Shown here: piece after piece, positions 1-13,064 of the stretch | How the letters are laid out: each line of letters starts with the position of its first letter | Numbering within the stretch: the first letter of the stretch is position 1 | Assembly: GCA_964016885.1 (NCBI GenBank) | Contig: OZ024765.1 | Span: 13,640,001 to 13,704,000 of the forward strand | Length of the DNA stretch: 64,000 nucleotides | Source of the DNA: Eledone cirrhosa | Lineage: Eukaryota | Direction of reading: 5' to 3' | Notes under the pieces: generated by a model | Databases searched by the model: none | The model's input: only the letters and a program-made list of their open reading frames with translations | Told to the model about the DNA's origin: nothing | Position numbers and translations under genes: made by a program

Positions 1-123
1 GCCAGTTAAGCCAAAAAATTAATGAACTGTATCAAGAACAACATCAACAACAACAACAACCTCAATAGTAACATTAACAACAACAACAGCAACTATACAA
101 TATATAAATAAGTTAATATTTAC

Positions 124-468
124 CTTGATCCCACTGCACAGTCAGACCAAACCTTGTAAAAATACTGAGAAAGAATCCAGACTTCCTCACCAAAACATTT
201 GAAGAAATGTACCCTATCTCTGGTATTTCCACATCGTTTATTGTAGCTGGTTTACCTCGGAATAGATTTATAACATTCCCTTTCAAAGAAACAGTGATCT
301 CTTTTGTACATGTCACCCCACTAAGACCACATTTAACGTTACGAATAACTATAGAAAATGAGTCGTCCTCTGTCGATTGTGCCATCACGTAGGCACAGTC
401 TCCTTGAAATGAGTAGAATTTACCATCGAAAGTTTGATAATGTGGGTCTCCAGAGACGAAACAGGTAC
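124..468 (-). CDS. Exon: VWD3 (GTCFVSGDPHYQTFDGKFYSFQGDCAY...CGLSGVTCTK...TVQWDQG)
   Basis: 345 nt, phase 1/1. Canonical D3-type motifs GDPHY.TFDG and CG..GVTCTK. The gene continues off the left edge. Confidence 0.96.
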
Positions 469-664
469 CTAAATAGAAAAGAAAGTAAAAAAAAAAAAAC
501 AAAGAATTATTGTGAAAATCGTATATCTAAAGACATACGGTCTTTAGGTATACTACATACAGCCGTCTGACTCATGCTAGCATGGAAAATGGACGCAAAA
601 CAGAGGTATGATGATACACGTATATACACACAAATATATATATATATATACTATTATCATGATA

Positions 665-700
<36 letters not shown>

Positions 701-728
701 CCATTATTATGATATATATGTGTGTGTA

Positions 729-760
<32 letters not shown>

Positions 761-778
761 CCATTATCATGATATATA

Positions 779-819
<41 letters not shown>

Positions 820-984
820 GTTCCCAGTGAAAAATAGTTTAATTAGGAATAAGTAAAAATTAGTAATAAGTATTGGTTAGTATTCAGTTTGGGTTTTAAG
901 TTTTTACCGGTTGCGCATTTCTAATGCTTTTCAAAAATAATTTTGAGATAGAGCGCTCGTGATGTTTGCTCTAATCTGTATATA

Positions 985-1021
<37 letters not shown>

Positions 1022-1782
1022 AAGGAAAAAAGATGAAATCGAAAATGCAACTGGAGTCTTTTATTTTTTAAATATATTTATTTGGTTCCTTTACCGGTTT
1101 CGCAGTTCTTCTGCTTTTCAAAAGTAGAATTGAGATGGAGGGTTTGTGGTTTTTCTCCCACACACACACACATATATATATGTATATATATATATATGTG
1201 TATATTATGCTGGTACCACAAAAGACCCAGCCCACTTACTGTTTGGTTTGGATTGGTTTTTGCTTCTGTATATTTTATATCTTCATAGTTAATTTAACTG
1301 GCAATCATATGGAACAAAACCATCTAACCCATGCTACCATGGAAGATGGACGTTAAATGATGATGATCATGATGATATATAGTCTATCAAAGTTCTTTCA
1401 TCACACACATGTGGCATCATCAGTGGGACTATTATGTTTCCTCCCATTGTATTGTAATGTCTACTCCACTTTTATTATATATATATAATAAAGGGTAGTG
1501 GATTGGCAGTATCGGTAGAGGGTCGGACACCATGCTTTGCAGCAAAGAGTTATGGACCATTATGGTCTGAGTTCAAATCCTGCCGAGGTTAGCTTTGCCT
1601 TTCATCCTTATGGGGTCGAGAAAATAAAGTACCAGTAATACACAGGGATAATTGCTGGCCTTGTGCCAATAGTAGAAACAATTATATATATATATATATA
1701 AAGTTTGTGGCCTAGTGGTCAGGGTGTTGGTCTTACAATCATAATGTAAGGAGTGTTTGAGGACTTCCCCAATGGCCTTCTC

Positions 1783-2143
1783 AAGAAGAAGAAGAAGGCA
1801 AAGAAGAAGAAGAAGAAGACGGCAAAGAAGAAGAAGAAGGCAAAGAAGAAGAAGAAGAAGACGGCAAAGAAGAAGAAGAAGGCAAAGAAGAAGAAGAAGA
1901 AGAAGAAGAAGAAGAAGAAGAAGAAGAAGAAGAAGAAGAAGAAGAAGGCAAAGAAGAAGAAGAAGGCAAAGAAGAAGGCAAAGGCAAAGAAGAAGAAGAA
2001 GGCAAAGAAGAAGGCAAAGAAGAAGAAGGCAAATAAGGAGAAGAAGGAGAAGAAGAAGAAGGAGGAGGAGGAGAAGGAGAAGGAGGAGAAGAAGAAGAAG
2101 AAGAAGAAGAAGAAGAAGAAGAAGAAGAAGAAGAAGAAGAAGA
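1783..2143. repeat. Interrupted (GAA)n polypurine tract
   Basis: Direct reading; GGCA interruptions. Confidence 0.97.
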
Positions 2144-2156
2144 TCTCATATTTTAC

Positions 2157-2206
2157 CTGGGCAATTATGTGACTCCTTCTGAATCCAGCTGCCATTTTTA
2201 CATATT
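2157..2206 (-). CDS. Small exon: E' end (ICKNGSWIQKESHNCP)
   Basis: 50 nt, phase 2/1, ttttag / GTAAAA. Links the two neighbouring exons in frame. Confidence 0.88.
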
Positions 2207-2389
2207 CTAAAAAATAAAAATAAAACAAAACAAAAAAATGAAGTATTTTTATAAGTGTATTTGTGTTTGCATGTTTATATATATATACTCATACCATATA
2301 AATGTATGCATATTCACATACACTCATATATGTCATCGTGTTGAAAGAAAGCATAGTAAAGTAAAATATTTAGTGGAAGAATAACTTAC

Positions 2390-2481
2390 AGTTCTTTACA
2401 GCCAATCCTTTCAACGTGTTCAGCTGGTAACCAGTAGTAACCAAGACTACATGGACAATGATTTGGCCCAACACACTTACC
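2390..2481 (-). CDS. Exon: TIL' end / E' (GKCVGPNHCPCSLGYYWLPAEHVERIGCKE)
   Basis: 92 nt, phase 0/2, ctatttag / GTAAGT. Confidence 0.92.
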
Positions 2482-2859
2482 CTAAATAGAAAAGTAGAAA
2501 AAAATAAATTACTGATAAGTTTCAGAAAGCCAGTAGTATAAAATTGTTTAATTTCAAAAAGGATCATTTTTACTGCTTCCTTCTGCTGGGATTTCTGGGC
2601 TCTTCTTCACCCAGTAATCATCATCAATGTGCATCACATGTCCATACCAGCGCAGTCTCCTCTCCTGCACGCAATCTCTTAAATATTTAAACTTTAGTAT
2701 TTAAACCGGACGTATCCAGCCACAATTCTCTCACTTCTTTCTGTTCAAACTGGACATAGCTGGCCAGTCATACTAATGTTAAGGTATTGTTCTTAACATA
2801 ATACGATTCGATATATATATACAGGGTGTCCCCCCAAAAAATATATATATTTGCTCTAT

Positions 2860-2898
<39 letters not shown>

Positions 2899-3123
2899 AA
2901 AGTATATATTGAGTTAGGAACTCAGAATAGTCCCTTACAATTAAAATAGCTCAAGGAAATCATTTTTCTGGGCCGTTTAATATAATTTAATATAATAAAG
3001 AGAGATAAACACATATATACACATATATGTGTTTAAATCATAAGGGACCTAAATCGCTAGGGTGAATCAGATACTAACTATGAACAATACGGTTTACCAG
3101 ACTCAATTAAAAAGAATAAATGA

Positions 3124-3472
3124 TGGAGGCACATGGCTTAGTGGTTAGAGCATTGGCCTTGCAATCGGAAGCTTGTGAGTTCAATTCTCAGACCGAGTGA
3201 TGTGTTGTTTCCTTGAGCAAGACACTTTATTTCACATTGCTCCAGTTTACTCAGCTGTAGAAATGAGATGATAGGGACTGGGGTCCCTATCATTCTACTG
3301 CAAAGTGGTCGTGGAGGTGCCACGGCAAAAAAGCACCCAGCACTCACTGTAAATGAGGTTGGTGTTAGGAAGGGCATCCAGCTGTAGAAATCAAGCCAGA
3401 ATCAGTTCCTGTCCCACCCTTGCAAGCAGGGAGAAAGCGGACGTAAAATGAAATGAAAAATGAAATGAAATT
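3124..3472 (+). mobile_element. tRNA-derived SINE, family A (CORE-like centre, RTE-like tail)
   Basis: A-box TGGCTTAGTGG, B-box-like GAGTTCAATTC, centre TCCTTGAGCAAGACACTTT, and tail GGTTGGTGTTAGGAAGGGCATCC...GGACGTAAAATG shared with the RTE 3' ends. Confidence 0.85.
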
Positions 3473-3705
3473 AAGAAAAAATACAAACTGATTATGATAA
3501 CAGACATCCCTAATTGAGTCAGGCAAACCATATTGTTTATAATTAGTATAATTCACCCTAGCGAATTTAGTCCTTTATAATCTTGAACACAGATATGTAT
3601 ATATATATTTGTTTATCTCTCTTAATTATATTGAACTAGCAGAAAAACCACCCGTTGGGTGGTTTTTCTGCTAGCATGTGTAGTGTGTATATTGATATTA
3701 TACGC

Positions 3706-4109
3706 AAGTATATAATACATCAAATATATGATACATCAAGTATATGGTACATCAAGTATATGATACATCAAATATATGATACATCAAGTATATGGTACAT
3801 CAAGTATATGATACATCAAATATATGATACATCAAGTATATGGTACATCAAGTATATGATACATCAAATATATGATACATCAAGTATATGGTACATCAAG
3901 TATATAATACATCAAATATATGATACATCAAGTATATGGTACATCAAGTATATAATACATCAAATATATGATACATCAAGTATATGGTACATCAAGTATA
4001 TGATACATCAAATATATGATACATCAAGTATATGGTACATCAAGTATATAATACATCAAATATATGATACATCAAGTATATGGTACATCAAGTATATGAT
4101 ACATCAAAT
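3706..4109. repeat. 48-bp (3 x 16-bp) minisatellite
   Basis: Variants of RTATATGRTACATCAA in a trimeric higher-order pattern. Confidence 0.93.
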
Positions 4110-4442
4110 AAAATCGTAATTGACAATATACACAGAAATTGAACGAAGTCTATGTTACACTGTCTTCTGTCTTCTGTAATCAGTAACGTAATCCATGATA
4201 CATTTAAAAAAAGACGATATTATATATAAACTGGATGAGGAGAAAATTAGCGACGGAAATATATGCGATTATAAGTGTTATAATATAACGGCCGCTAACC
4301 GGAAGTTTTGACATTTGAAAATTTTAAAGAAGTGAATTTTAAAGTAAGAATCTTTAAGTAAGCTATAAATTATATTTTATCAACAGCCATGGAATTTAGC
4401 ACATATTATGTAATATTTATTCATTATTTATTCAAAGTGGAT

Positions 4443-4836
4443 GGAGGTGGATTGGCAGTATCGGTAGAGGGTCGGACGCCATGCTTTGATGCATAGAGTT
4501 ACGGCCCTTGCCATTCTGAGTTCAAATACCGCCGAGGTTAACTTTGCCTTTCATCCTTACGGGGTCGATAAAATAAAGTACCAGTAATGCACTGGGTAAT
4601 TGCTGGCCTTGTGCCAAAAGTAGAAACAATTATTTATTCAAAGTGGATGGAGGTGGATTGGCAGTATCGGTAGAGGGTCGGACGCCATGCTTTCCAGCAT
4701 AGTTACGTCCCTTTACGATCTGAGTTCAAATCCCGCCGAGGTTGACTTTGCCTTTCATCCTTACGGGGTCGATAAAATAAAGTACCAGTAATGCACTGGG
4801 TAATTGCTGGCCTTGTGCCTAAAGTAGAAACAATTA
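4443..4836 (+). mobile_element. Two tandem copies of SINE family B (about 190 bp each)
   Basis: TGGCAGTATCGGTAGAG...GAGTTCAAATCCCGCCGAGG...GGGGTCGATAAAATAAAGTACCAG...AGTAGAAACAATTATT. Other copies at about 1495-1685, 41873-42088, 46545-46748 (-), 54265-54445 (-) and 56820-57000 (-). Confidence 0.85.
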
Positions 4837-4926
4837 TTTATTCAAAGTAATCCAACTTATTTTACAAACAGGGTAAAAAAATATATTCTGGATCAGTCCC
4901 GCACTCCTTTCTTTATTATAGTTAAG

Positions 4927-4975
<49 letters not shown>

Positions 4976-5077
4976 ATATATATATAATGTAGGAGGTGAG
5001 TTTTATTGTAGTACAATAAAGCAATGCAGATATCGGATAAGAAGCACTCTACAGTTTGTAGGACTGGAGTATGCATA

Positions 5078-5395
5078 ATATAAGATCAAAAGATGGTTAA
5101 AGGAGTTCAATGTATTTTATTATGCGCATTTCAAAAACAAACATCATCATGCAATAATATTTGTGTTTTCATCAGATAAAACAGGAGAACATGATATGAA
5201 GGCTAAAAAACACTTGTGGATAGTGCAGTTTTGTTGATTTAAAACTGCACTATCCACAAGTGTTTTTTAGCCTTCATATCATGTTCTCCTGTTTTATCTG
5301 ATGAAAACACAAATATTATTGCATGATGATGTTTGTTTTTGAAATGCGCATAATAAAATACATTGAACTCCTTTAACCATCTTTTGATCTTATAT
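5078..5395. repeat. Fold-back inverted repeat, arms about 155 bp, 8-bp spacer (Penelope pLTR)
   Basis: 5078-5232 is the reverse complement of 5241-5395 with no mismatch seen. Confidence 0.95.
5292..5358 (+). ncRNA. Minimal hammerhead ribozyme (mirror copy on the minus strand at about 5115-5181)
   Basis: TTTTAT-CTGATGA-aaacacaaat...gtttgttttt-GAAA-TGCGCA-TA-ATAAAA. Confidence 0.8.
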
Positions 5396-5435
<40 letters not shown>

Positions 5436-5521
5436 TATATATATATACATATATATATATATATTTATATATAATCCTTATTAAGCCCTCTTCGGATTTT
5501 GGTCTTCATAATTATTATTAC

Positions 5522-5554
<33 letters not shown>

Positions 5555-5591
5555 CTGTGTGTGTTTGTGTGTATATATATTCTTTTCTTAC

Positions 5592-5790
5592 ATCTGGGGC
5601 AAAAATCTTATCATCAGGGCAGGTACAACCTTCTTTGGTATAAGTCTCTTTACAGGGCAAACGTCTGCTCAGAGATTCACAAGTTTTGTAGCAGCTGTTG
5701 ACATTGGTCTTCCATACTTGGTTCTTGGGACAGATCACTTCCTCAATACAGTGACTTGACTTGCAGTGCCACCGACCTTTGTTGCAAGAG
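5592..5790 (-). CDS. Exon: E-module end plus TIL' (SCNKGRWHC...CPKNQVW...EGCTCPDDKIFAPD)
   Basis: 199 nt, phase 2/0, donor GTAAGA. Confidence 0.93.
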
Positions 5791-6215
5791 CTATAAGGTA
5801 ATTAAAAGTAATTAATTTTCCGATGGAAAGCCATTAAATAAAACAGCCCATTAAAATGCAATGAAAGTTAATCGTCTGAGGGGGGAAAGTCATTAAATAA
5901 AACATCCCATTAAAATGTAATGAAAATCAATTGTCTGAGGGACAGCCATTAAATAAAATAACCCATCAAAATGTAATTAGAGCTAATTGTCTGAAAGACA
6001 ATTAAATGAAGTAAAACATTAACCCTTTACCATTTAAACTGGCCGAATCCGGTCAGAATTCTCTCACTTCTTTCTTTTCAAACCAACTGTAACCAGCCAC
6101 TCATACTGATGTTAAGGTATTGTTCTCAAAATAAATAATATCAAAATCTTATAGCTTAGATAAACAATGATGATGATGATGATGATACACACACATATAT
6201 ATATATGTGTGTATA

Positions 6216-6256
<41 letters not shown>

Positions 6257-6394
6257 TTATTAAAAAAAAAAAAAAAATATTATATATATATACACACACA
6301 CATATATATATATGTGTATATATATATACACACACATGTATATATATGAGCAACCTCTTCCCTTGCTAATCTGATCACCGGGTGCTCTGAGGCC

Positions 6395-6925
6395 ATAGTA
6401 TCTAGAATAAGGACGGGTTGGAAGACGTTTAGGGAGCTGCATCTTCTGTTGACATAGAATGGTTTCTCCCTACAAATGAAAGGCCGGTTATATGATGCCT
6501 GTGTGAGATCCGCGATGCTACATGGTAGTGAGACATGGGCAACAACTGCAGAGGATATGCAACGGCTGGAGAGAAATGACGCAAGCATGACCTGTTGGAT
6601 GTGCAATGTCAATGTGCATGGACAACCGAGCATGGATGTGTTAAGAGAGAAACTGTGTATAAGAGGGATAAGCTGTAGTGTGTGGGAGAGAAGACTATGA
6701 TGGTTTGGACATGTGATGCGCATGGTGGATGAGCACTGGGTAAAGAAGTGGCAAGAAATCCCAGTAGAAGGAAGATGCAGCAGAGGAAGACCAAGAAAAA
6801 CATTGGTGGTGAGAGCTGACCTCAGATCACAGAAGCTCATGGAGGAGATGACGAAGGACTGTGACGGAAGGAAGCTCATGGAAGAGATGCTGTGCTGAAT
6901 AGGACCTGTCTCACCCTTGCAATTG
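6395..6925 (+). mobile_element. RTE-type LINE 3' fragment
   Basis: KGRLYDACVRSAMLHGSETW...RRL*WFGHVMRM...VEGRCSRGRPRKT. Confidence 0.88.
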
Positions 6926-7417
6926 GCAAAGGCAGCAGAGTGTGTGGTCTGGATAAGCGCGAACAAGCGAGAAACAGACTGTCTGTCAGCCGCACTCTGT
7001 TACTTTTGCCGAGAATAAGTAAGTGACATAGTCACTACTTTAAAACTCATAGCGAATGGACTTCTAAATGTTTTTAATTAAACATATGGTATATTGCCAA
7101 ATATACTATACATACATTCATATATACATCACTATTTCAGAGCACCAATACTAATATATATATATATATATATAAGCAAATATATTCAACAAATATATAT
7201 ATTTATAACAGATTCAAAACACTCGACAAGTTTTCTGGAGTATAATATCAATGATATTAATAATTGGAAACTATATTTATAAAAACATATTTATTCTATT
7301 ATATATATTTCAAGGGTACCAAAGTTTTGGTACCCTTGAAATATATATAATAGAATAAATATGGTTTTATAAATATAGTTTCCATTTATTAATATCATTG
7401 ATATATCTATATATATA

Positions 7418-7459
<42 letters not shown>

Positions 7460-7860
7460 TATTGAAGTTTGCTTGAAGCATTGTGGAATAATAAAAAATT
7501 TGGTCGTTTTGGAAGCCTCAACAATGCAGATGGGTAAATCTCCGGGTAACAGAATCTGGTGGTGAAGAGAGAGATGTAAGGGAATGTAGAATGAGATGTA
7601 TAGTGTGTAGAGGAACATAGGAAAGAGCGTAAAAATAAAAATAAAAATAATAACACGAGATAGAGTTACCTTGGGAGAGATTTAATTGTCCCTATATTTC
7701 GGATTTCGCATCCATCAACTGGGGGGTTTTCCGAGGGGGAAAGTTATCAGTCGGAGAGGAACGGTACGTGGCCTCTGTTGTCCGCCGTTTATAGCGGAAG
7801 TAAAATGATAATGATGATGATGATGATGATACACACATATATATATATACACATATATAC

Positions 7861-8110
7861 CATTTGCCACAGGCTCTTCTTACACTCTCTCCGGCATTGA
7901 AGTATTTCTGTGTCACTCGATCATAACAGGTACATTGGGAAGATGGTACACATTGCTTCTTCTCGTCCAGGTATTTACCATGCGGGCAACGACAGCCAGG
8001 TATGCATTCTTCAACACAATCCTTATTGGAATGTTGCACATCGTTGCAATTAATTTGACAACTTGAACCACATTCTGTGTACACTTCGTGATTGTTGTCA
8101 CACTTCAGCG
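7861..8110 (-). CDS. Exon: TIL domain (LKCDNNHEVYTECGSSCQINC...RRACGK)
   Basis: 250 nt, phase 1/2, TIL cysteine pattern. Confidence 0.94.
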
Positions 8111-8146
8111 CTGCAGAAGAACATTGAGGTGATATATAAATATATG

Positions 8147-8188
<42 letters not shown>

Positions 8189-8657
8189 CATATATTTATA
8201 TATCACCTCAAAGGGCAAAGGAGCTCTTAAGAGTCAATGGCCATCCAAAATCACAGGGAGAGATGACCCCTTAGCCTTTGTCAAGGCAGAATTCTAGGAG
8301 AAGGAAAACTCTGATATAACACCTGCAACCCTGATGGTATCCAATGATGCTGACTTGTTCTTCTTTTTGGTAAATATCATCTTGGTTAAGAGAGTGGGAC
8401 TGGCTTTGTGCAGTGCCTTTGCTCACTATAAAAGCTTCACGGCACAGGCATTGCTTTATATCTGGAGATATCTCTGCACTTGTCATCACATATACCATGG
8501 GCCCAGCACTATATGTCAATAATGGTCACAAGTGGGGTGTTTGTGCTAGAGTTTTCAAGTCGGTGGCTGGACTAAAGAGTCTCGTTCAGCGCATCGGTAG
8601 GGGTTCTCCTACATGGATATAAAGTAGTGGCCGTACTCGAAAACGAGTTGGCAGCCA

Positions 8658-8778
<121 letters not shown>

Positions 8779-8867
8779 ATAATAATAAATTTGAAGACTA
8801 AAATCCAAAGAGGGCTCGATAAGGATAAATATATATCAAATATATAAGAACCGTAGAGCAAATATTT

Positions 8868-9204
8868 ATTAAAATAACAGATTAAAGTTTAAGCAAAGAA
8901 TCGCTGCTTTCACCCTTAACGGGATCTTCTGAAACTAACAAAGTCAATCTGTAAACGTAGAAGTGGATATTTAAAAAAATGTTGCAACCGGAGGAAGACA
9001 AGAAGACGTATTATATTCGTTTTTTCCGTTCATTGCCAGGGAACATTTTCACGAACCAAAGTATCGTCTTCCTGTCTTCCTCCGGCTGCAACGTTTTTTT
9101 AAATATTCACTTCTGTGTTTACAGATTGACTTTGTTAGTTTCAGAAGATCCTGTTAAGGGTGAAAGCAGCAATTCTTTGCTTAAACTTTAATCTGTTATT
9201 TTAA
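8868..9204. repeat. Fold-back inverted repeat, arms about 140 bp
   Basis: 8868-9008 vs 9065-9204 with few mismatches. Related fragments at 5478-5522, 10800-10925 and 23893-24003. Confidence 0.92.
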
Positions 9205-9227
9205 TTAATATATATATATATATGTAT

Positions 9228-9672
9228 ACTAGACCTGAAAAATGCGCAAGCTCAAAAGAGCCACAGAATGTTATAATAAACCTCCAAAAGTGTGGGACTA
9301 GAGTTGTTGCTCAAAAATATTGTATTCATTATCTATCGTACACTCTGTGGCATCCTTTTATAAAAAAGGAATTCATAACGAACTCAAGATGACATGATAA
9401 TTATTTAAGCTAATGTTCAATATCCCATATTAGATGTTTAGTAATGATTAATACGAAATGCACTTAAACCGAATTCTATATTATAAATTCACTTAAATAA
9501 TTATCGTGTCGTCTTGAGTTCGTTATGAATTCCTTTTTTATAAAAGGATGCCACAGAGTGTACGAGGATAATGATTACAATATTTTTGAACAACAACTCT
9601 AGTCCCACACTTTTGAAGGTTTATTATAACATTCTGTGGCTCTTTTGAGCTTGCGCATTTTTCAGGTCTAGT
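9228..9672. repeat. Fold-back inverted repeat, arms about 180 bp
   Basis: 9228-9409 vs 9492-9672. Confidence 0.92.
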
Positions 9673-10504
9673 TTAATATTTTTTTAAGGCAGCGCTTGTA
9701 ATAACTCTAGTTAAACATGATATATATTAATAATAAATTATCGTTGTAATGTAATTAGATTATATAATTGTTATTTTATAAATGATCTTATAAATATTAT
9801 TGTAAGATGTATAAAAATATTTTCAGACTTTTAATATAAACAACTACAAAATACAATCAATATTAAATAAATATATTTTACATAATAATTGTTATAGTAT
9901 TAATAAAAATTAAATATTACATACAAATAGTCTAACATAATAATAAAAAAAATAATATAATAATAATAAAATAATCTAACATAAAACGAACAATAATATG
10001 GACATATATACAAGTAAATATGATACAACCAATATTCTAAGCATGTTATAACGAACTGAAAAAAAATAGTTAATATAAATTTAAAAAAATCATATATAAA
10101 TTAATAATATAACTTACCAAAACGAGAAAAATATTTTGATGTTAAAACGACAAAATACAGGAGAGAGATTCGAAAGCGAAACGATAAATAAACGTGCAAA
10201 CAAAACGCTTTTGAGCAACAATTACTCTCATTTGTTGATTAGCCAATAAGACAATGAAATTAGCCAATAAGACGATACATTACAAAACATGTTTGGAAGG
10301 AATCGCGACGACCAGTGATACCCCTTGAATCTTTTATTCACAAGCTACACATATATTGTCAGACAACATGCAGACTTAAAACATTCTGTTGTTAGTCACT
10401 GCGTATCTAACAGATATATACATATATATATACATATATATATACATATATAAATACATATATATATATACATATATATATATACATATATATATGTATA
10501 CACA

Positions 10505-10536
<32 letters not shown>

Positions 10537-10593
10537 CATATATATATACACATATATATATATACATATATATATATACATATATATATATAC

Positions 10594-10628
<35 letters not shown>

Positions 10629-10682
10629 CAGGGAGAGGCGGACGTAAAATGATGAATGATGATGATACATATATATATATAC

Positions 10683-10717
<35 letters not shown>

Positions 10718-10741
10718 GACATATATATTTTAATAAATATA

Positions 10742-10804
<63 letters not shown>

Positions 10805-11575
10805 TAAAATAATAGATTAAACTTTAATCTGTTATTTTAATAAATATTTGGTCTATGGTTTTTATATTCGATATATATTTATCCTTATCTTCGGATTTTA
10901 GTCTTCAAATTTATTATTATTACTATATATATATATATATATATAACACATATTTTTTTCTCCCCCTGTGACCCGTCTATTTCGTTCTTACTGCTTCCTC
11001 TTTCTCTGTATCTTTACCCTCTCTAACAGTCACACTCTCTCTGTTAGCCTCTTCCTCACCCTTCACTCACTCACTCTCTGTTACTACCTCTCCTCCTCCT
11101 CCTTCTTCCCGTTTGACCTGTGCGTAATTCTTTTCTTTCGCATGCTTGGCCAGGCTGGTCGGCATTTTCTCTCTCTCTCGTCTACGATTTCACAGAACTT
11201 ATGTTTACCGAATTCACAGACTAGACCCCTTCTTCCTCCTGTTAGACCTGTGTGAAATTCCTTCCTTGCTCACATTTCAACCAGGTTTGATGGTCTTTAT
11301 TCTCTCTCATTCATGATTTCACCGAACTTATATTCATGGAAATTTTGGACCTGACTCGCTCTTCCTCACTTTTCGTTGCTTCACCATCTTTGTTTGTTTA
11401 CACTCTCGCTGTTCCCTTTATTTACATGTCCCAACGACTTTCTTTAGCCGTTGCTCGCACCAACCGGAGGTATATTGTCTTTAAAGCGAAGAAATACCGA
11501 TGATGGTTGGAAGATCACTGATGAAGGACCAATTTATTCATATGTAACCCATTTGCAACTCCGCAGCACATTTAT

Positions 11576-11623
<48 letters not shown>

Positions 11624-11644
11624 ATATATATAAGTAACAGTAAT

Positions 11645-12310
11645 ATACGTGAACGGCAAAGCATAAACGAACTAAGGAAAAAATTAGAGATAAGAGGGAT
11701 CAGATGTTGTTTACTCGAGAGAAGGCTGCGTTGGTATGGACACGTGATGCGCATGAAAGTCGATAGCTGTATTACAAAGTGCAGGGCAATAAAGATAGAC
11801 GGTAGCCACGGAATAGGCAGACCTAGAAAAACATGGGATGAGCTGATAAACTCCGACCTCACACACTTACACCTCCCCAAGACAATGTCACTGGACCGTG
11901 ACCTTTGGCGGTACTCAGTAACAGAGAAGACCCGCCTTGCCAGTAGGCATCTCTAACAAAATACACCCCTCCCGCCGCCACCCCCACCCCATCCACACCA
12001 CCCCGTTCTATGTAAAGTTATGTTGGTGCCGCGCCATCCAGGCCGAAACAAATGAGATCGTGTAGGTGTCACGACAAAAAACACACAGTCCACGCTGTAA
12101 TGTGGCCGTGTAGGCAACACGGTAAAAACCTCCCAGACCCACACTGTAAATGTGGTTGGTGTTAGGAAGGGCATCCAACTGTAGAAAACCTGCCAGACAG
12201 TCCTATGCGAGCAAGACAATCACTCTTGCCTCAAGTGGGACTACCCCCGTCCAAACCCATGCAAGCGTGGAACACGGACGTTAAACGTTGATGATGATGA
12301 TGATGATGAT
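11645..12310 (+). mobile_element. RTE-type LINE 3' end with 3' UTR and (GAT)n tail
   Basis: RRLRWYGHVMRM...GRPRKTWD. The UTR has a near-identical copy at about 45724-46062 (-) and a similar copy at 59540-60025 (+). Confidence 0.85.
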
Positions 12311-12312
12311 AA

Positions 12313-12365
12313 TATATATATTTCAAGGGTACCAAAACTTTGGTATGCTCTCATCAGATAAAATA
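12313..12365 (-). ncRNA. Truncated hammerhead motif with TATATA helix III
   Basis: TATTTTAT-CTGATGA-gagcataccaaa-gt-tttggtaccctt-GAAA-TATATA-TA. The 3' strand of helix I is missing here but is seen in the related copy at 7338-7357. Confidence 0.6.
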
Positions 12366-12420
12366 CGTTTGTTTTATATATATTATATATATATTTGAAA
12401 ACTTAAACTTAAAAACTTAC

Positions 12421-12661
12421 GGCATAACTGAGACAAAGTACTATTCTTTCTCCATTCCACAATGATACTATTTGTGGCACATTCCCTGGCATAAGCCTCT
12501 AGAGCTATACACAAGCTCTCCACATTCTTGTTGGAATGTTGTGTACACAAATCTCTCATGCAGAGGTCATAAAATATTTGAGACTGGACTACTTCACTAC
12601 ACTTGGTGAATGTGGAACTTTGTCGCAGGTGGTTGCAGTAATTCTTGACCACTTTTTTGTC
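12421..12661 (-). CDS. Exon: C8 domain 2 (DKKVVKNYCNHL...YARECATNSIIVEWRKNSTLSQLC)
   Basis: 241 nt, phase 0/1, C8 motif. Confidence 0.94.
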
Positions 12662-12784
12662 CTAAAATAGAATTTAAGGCTTTTTCACATTACACTGAGG
12701 AGATAAAATAAGCTTAGAATGAAGCACTTTGACAAAAGTGTTGACAAATTCTTGACAACATTTTTGTCCTAAATTGGAATTTAA

Positions 12785-13064
12785 CCCTTTAGCAGTTAAC
12801 CTGGCCATATCCGGCCAGAATTATCTCACCTCTTTCTGTTCAAACCAGCCGTAACCAGCCACTCATACTGAAGTTAAGGTATTGTTCTCAAAATAAATAA
12901 CATCAAAATCTCATAGATTCTATATTATGTGAGATATTATGTGAGGTAAAGCCTTTAGTGTGAAAATACAATAGTATATATAGAATAATGTAATTGTTAT
13001 GTGAGGTAAAGCCTTTACTATGAAAATATAATAGTATATATAGAGTAATGTAAATGCTAAAGGG
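12785..13064. mobile_element. piggyBac-type MITE
   Basis: TTAA|CCCTTTAGCA...TGCTAAAGGG|TTAA. The empty site is visible in the paralogous sequence at 12670-12705. Confidence 0.9.

Noticed and set aside
1719-2228. Poly-Lys, poly-Arg, poly-Phe and poly-Ser ORFs
   Set aside because: These are (GAA)n microsatellite translations. Only the 50-nt exon at 2157-2206, in another frame, is coding.
3124-3200. Possible tRNA genes
   Set aside because: The A/B-box heads continue into SINE bodies and do not form a complete cloverleaf.
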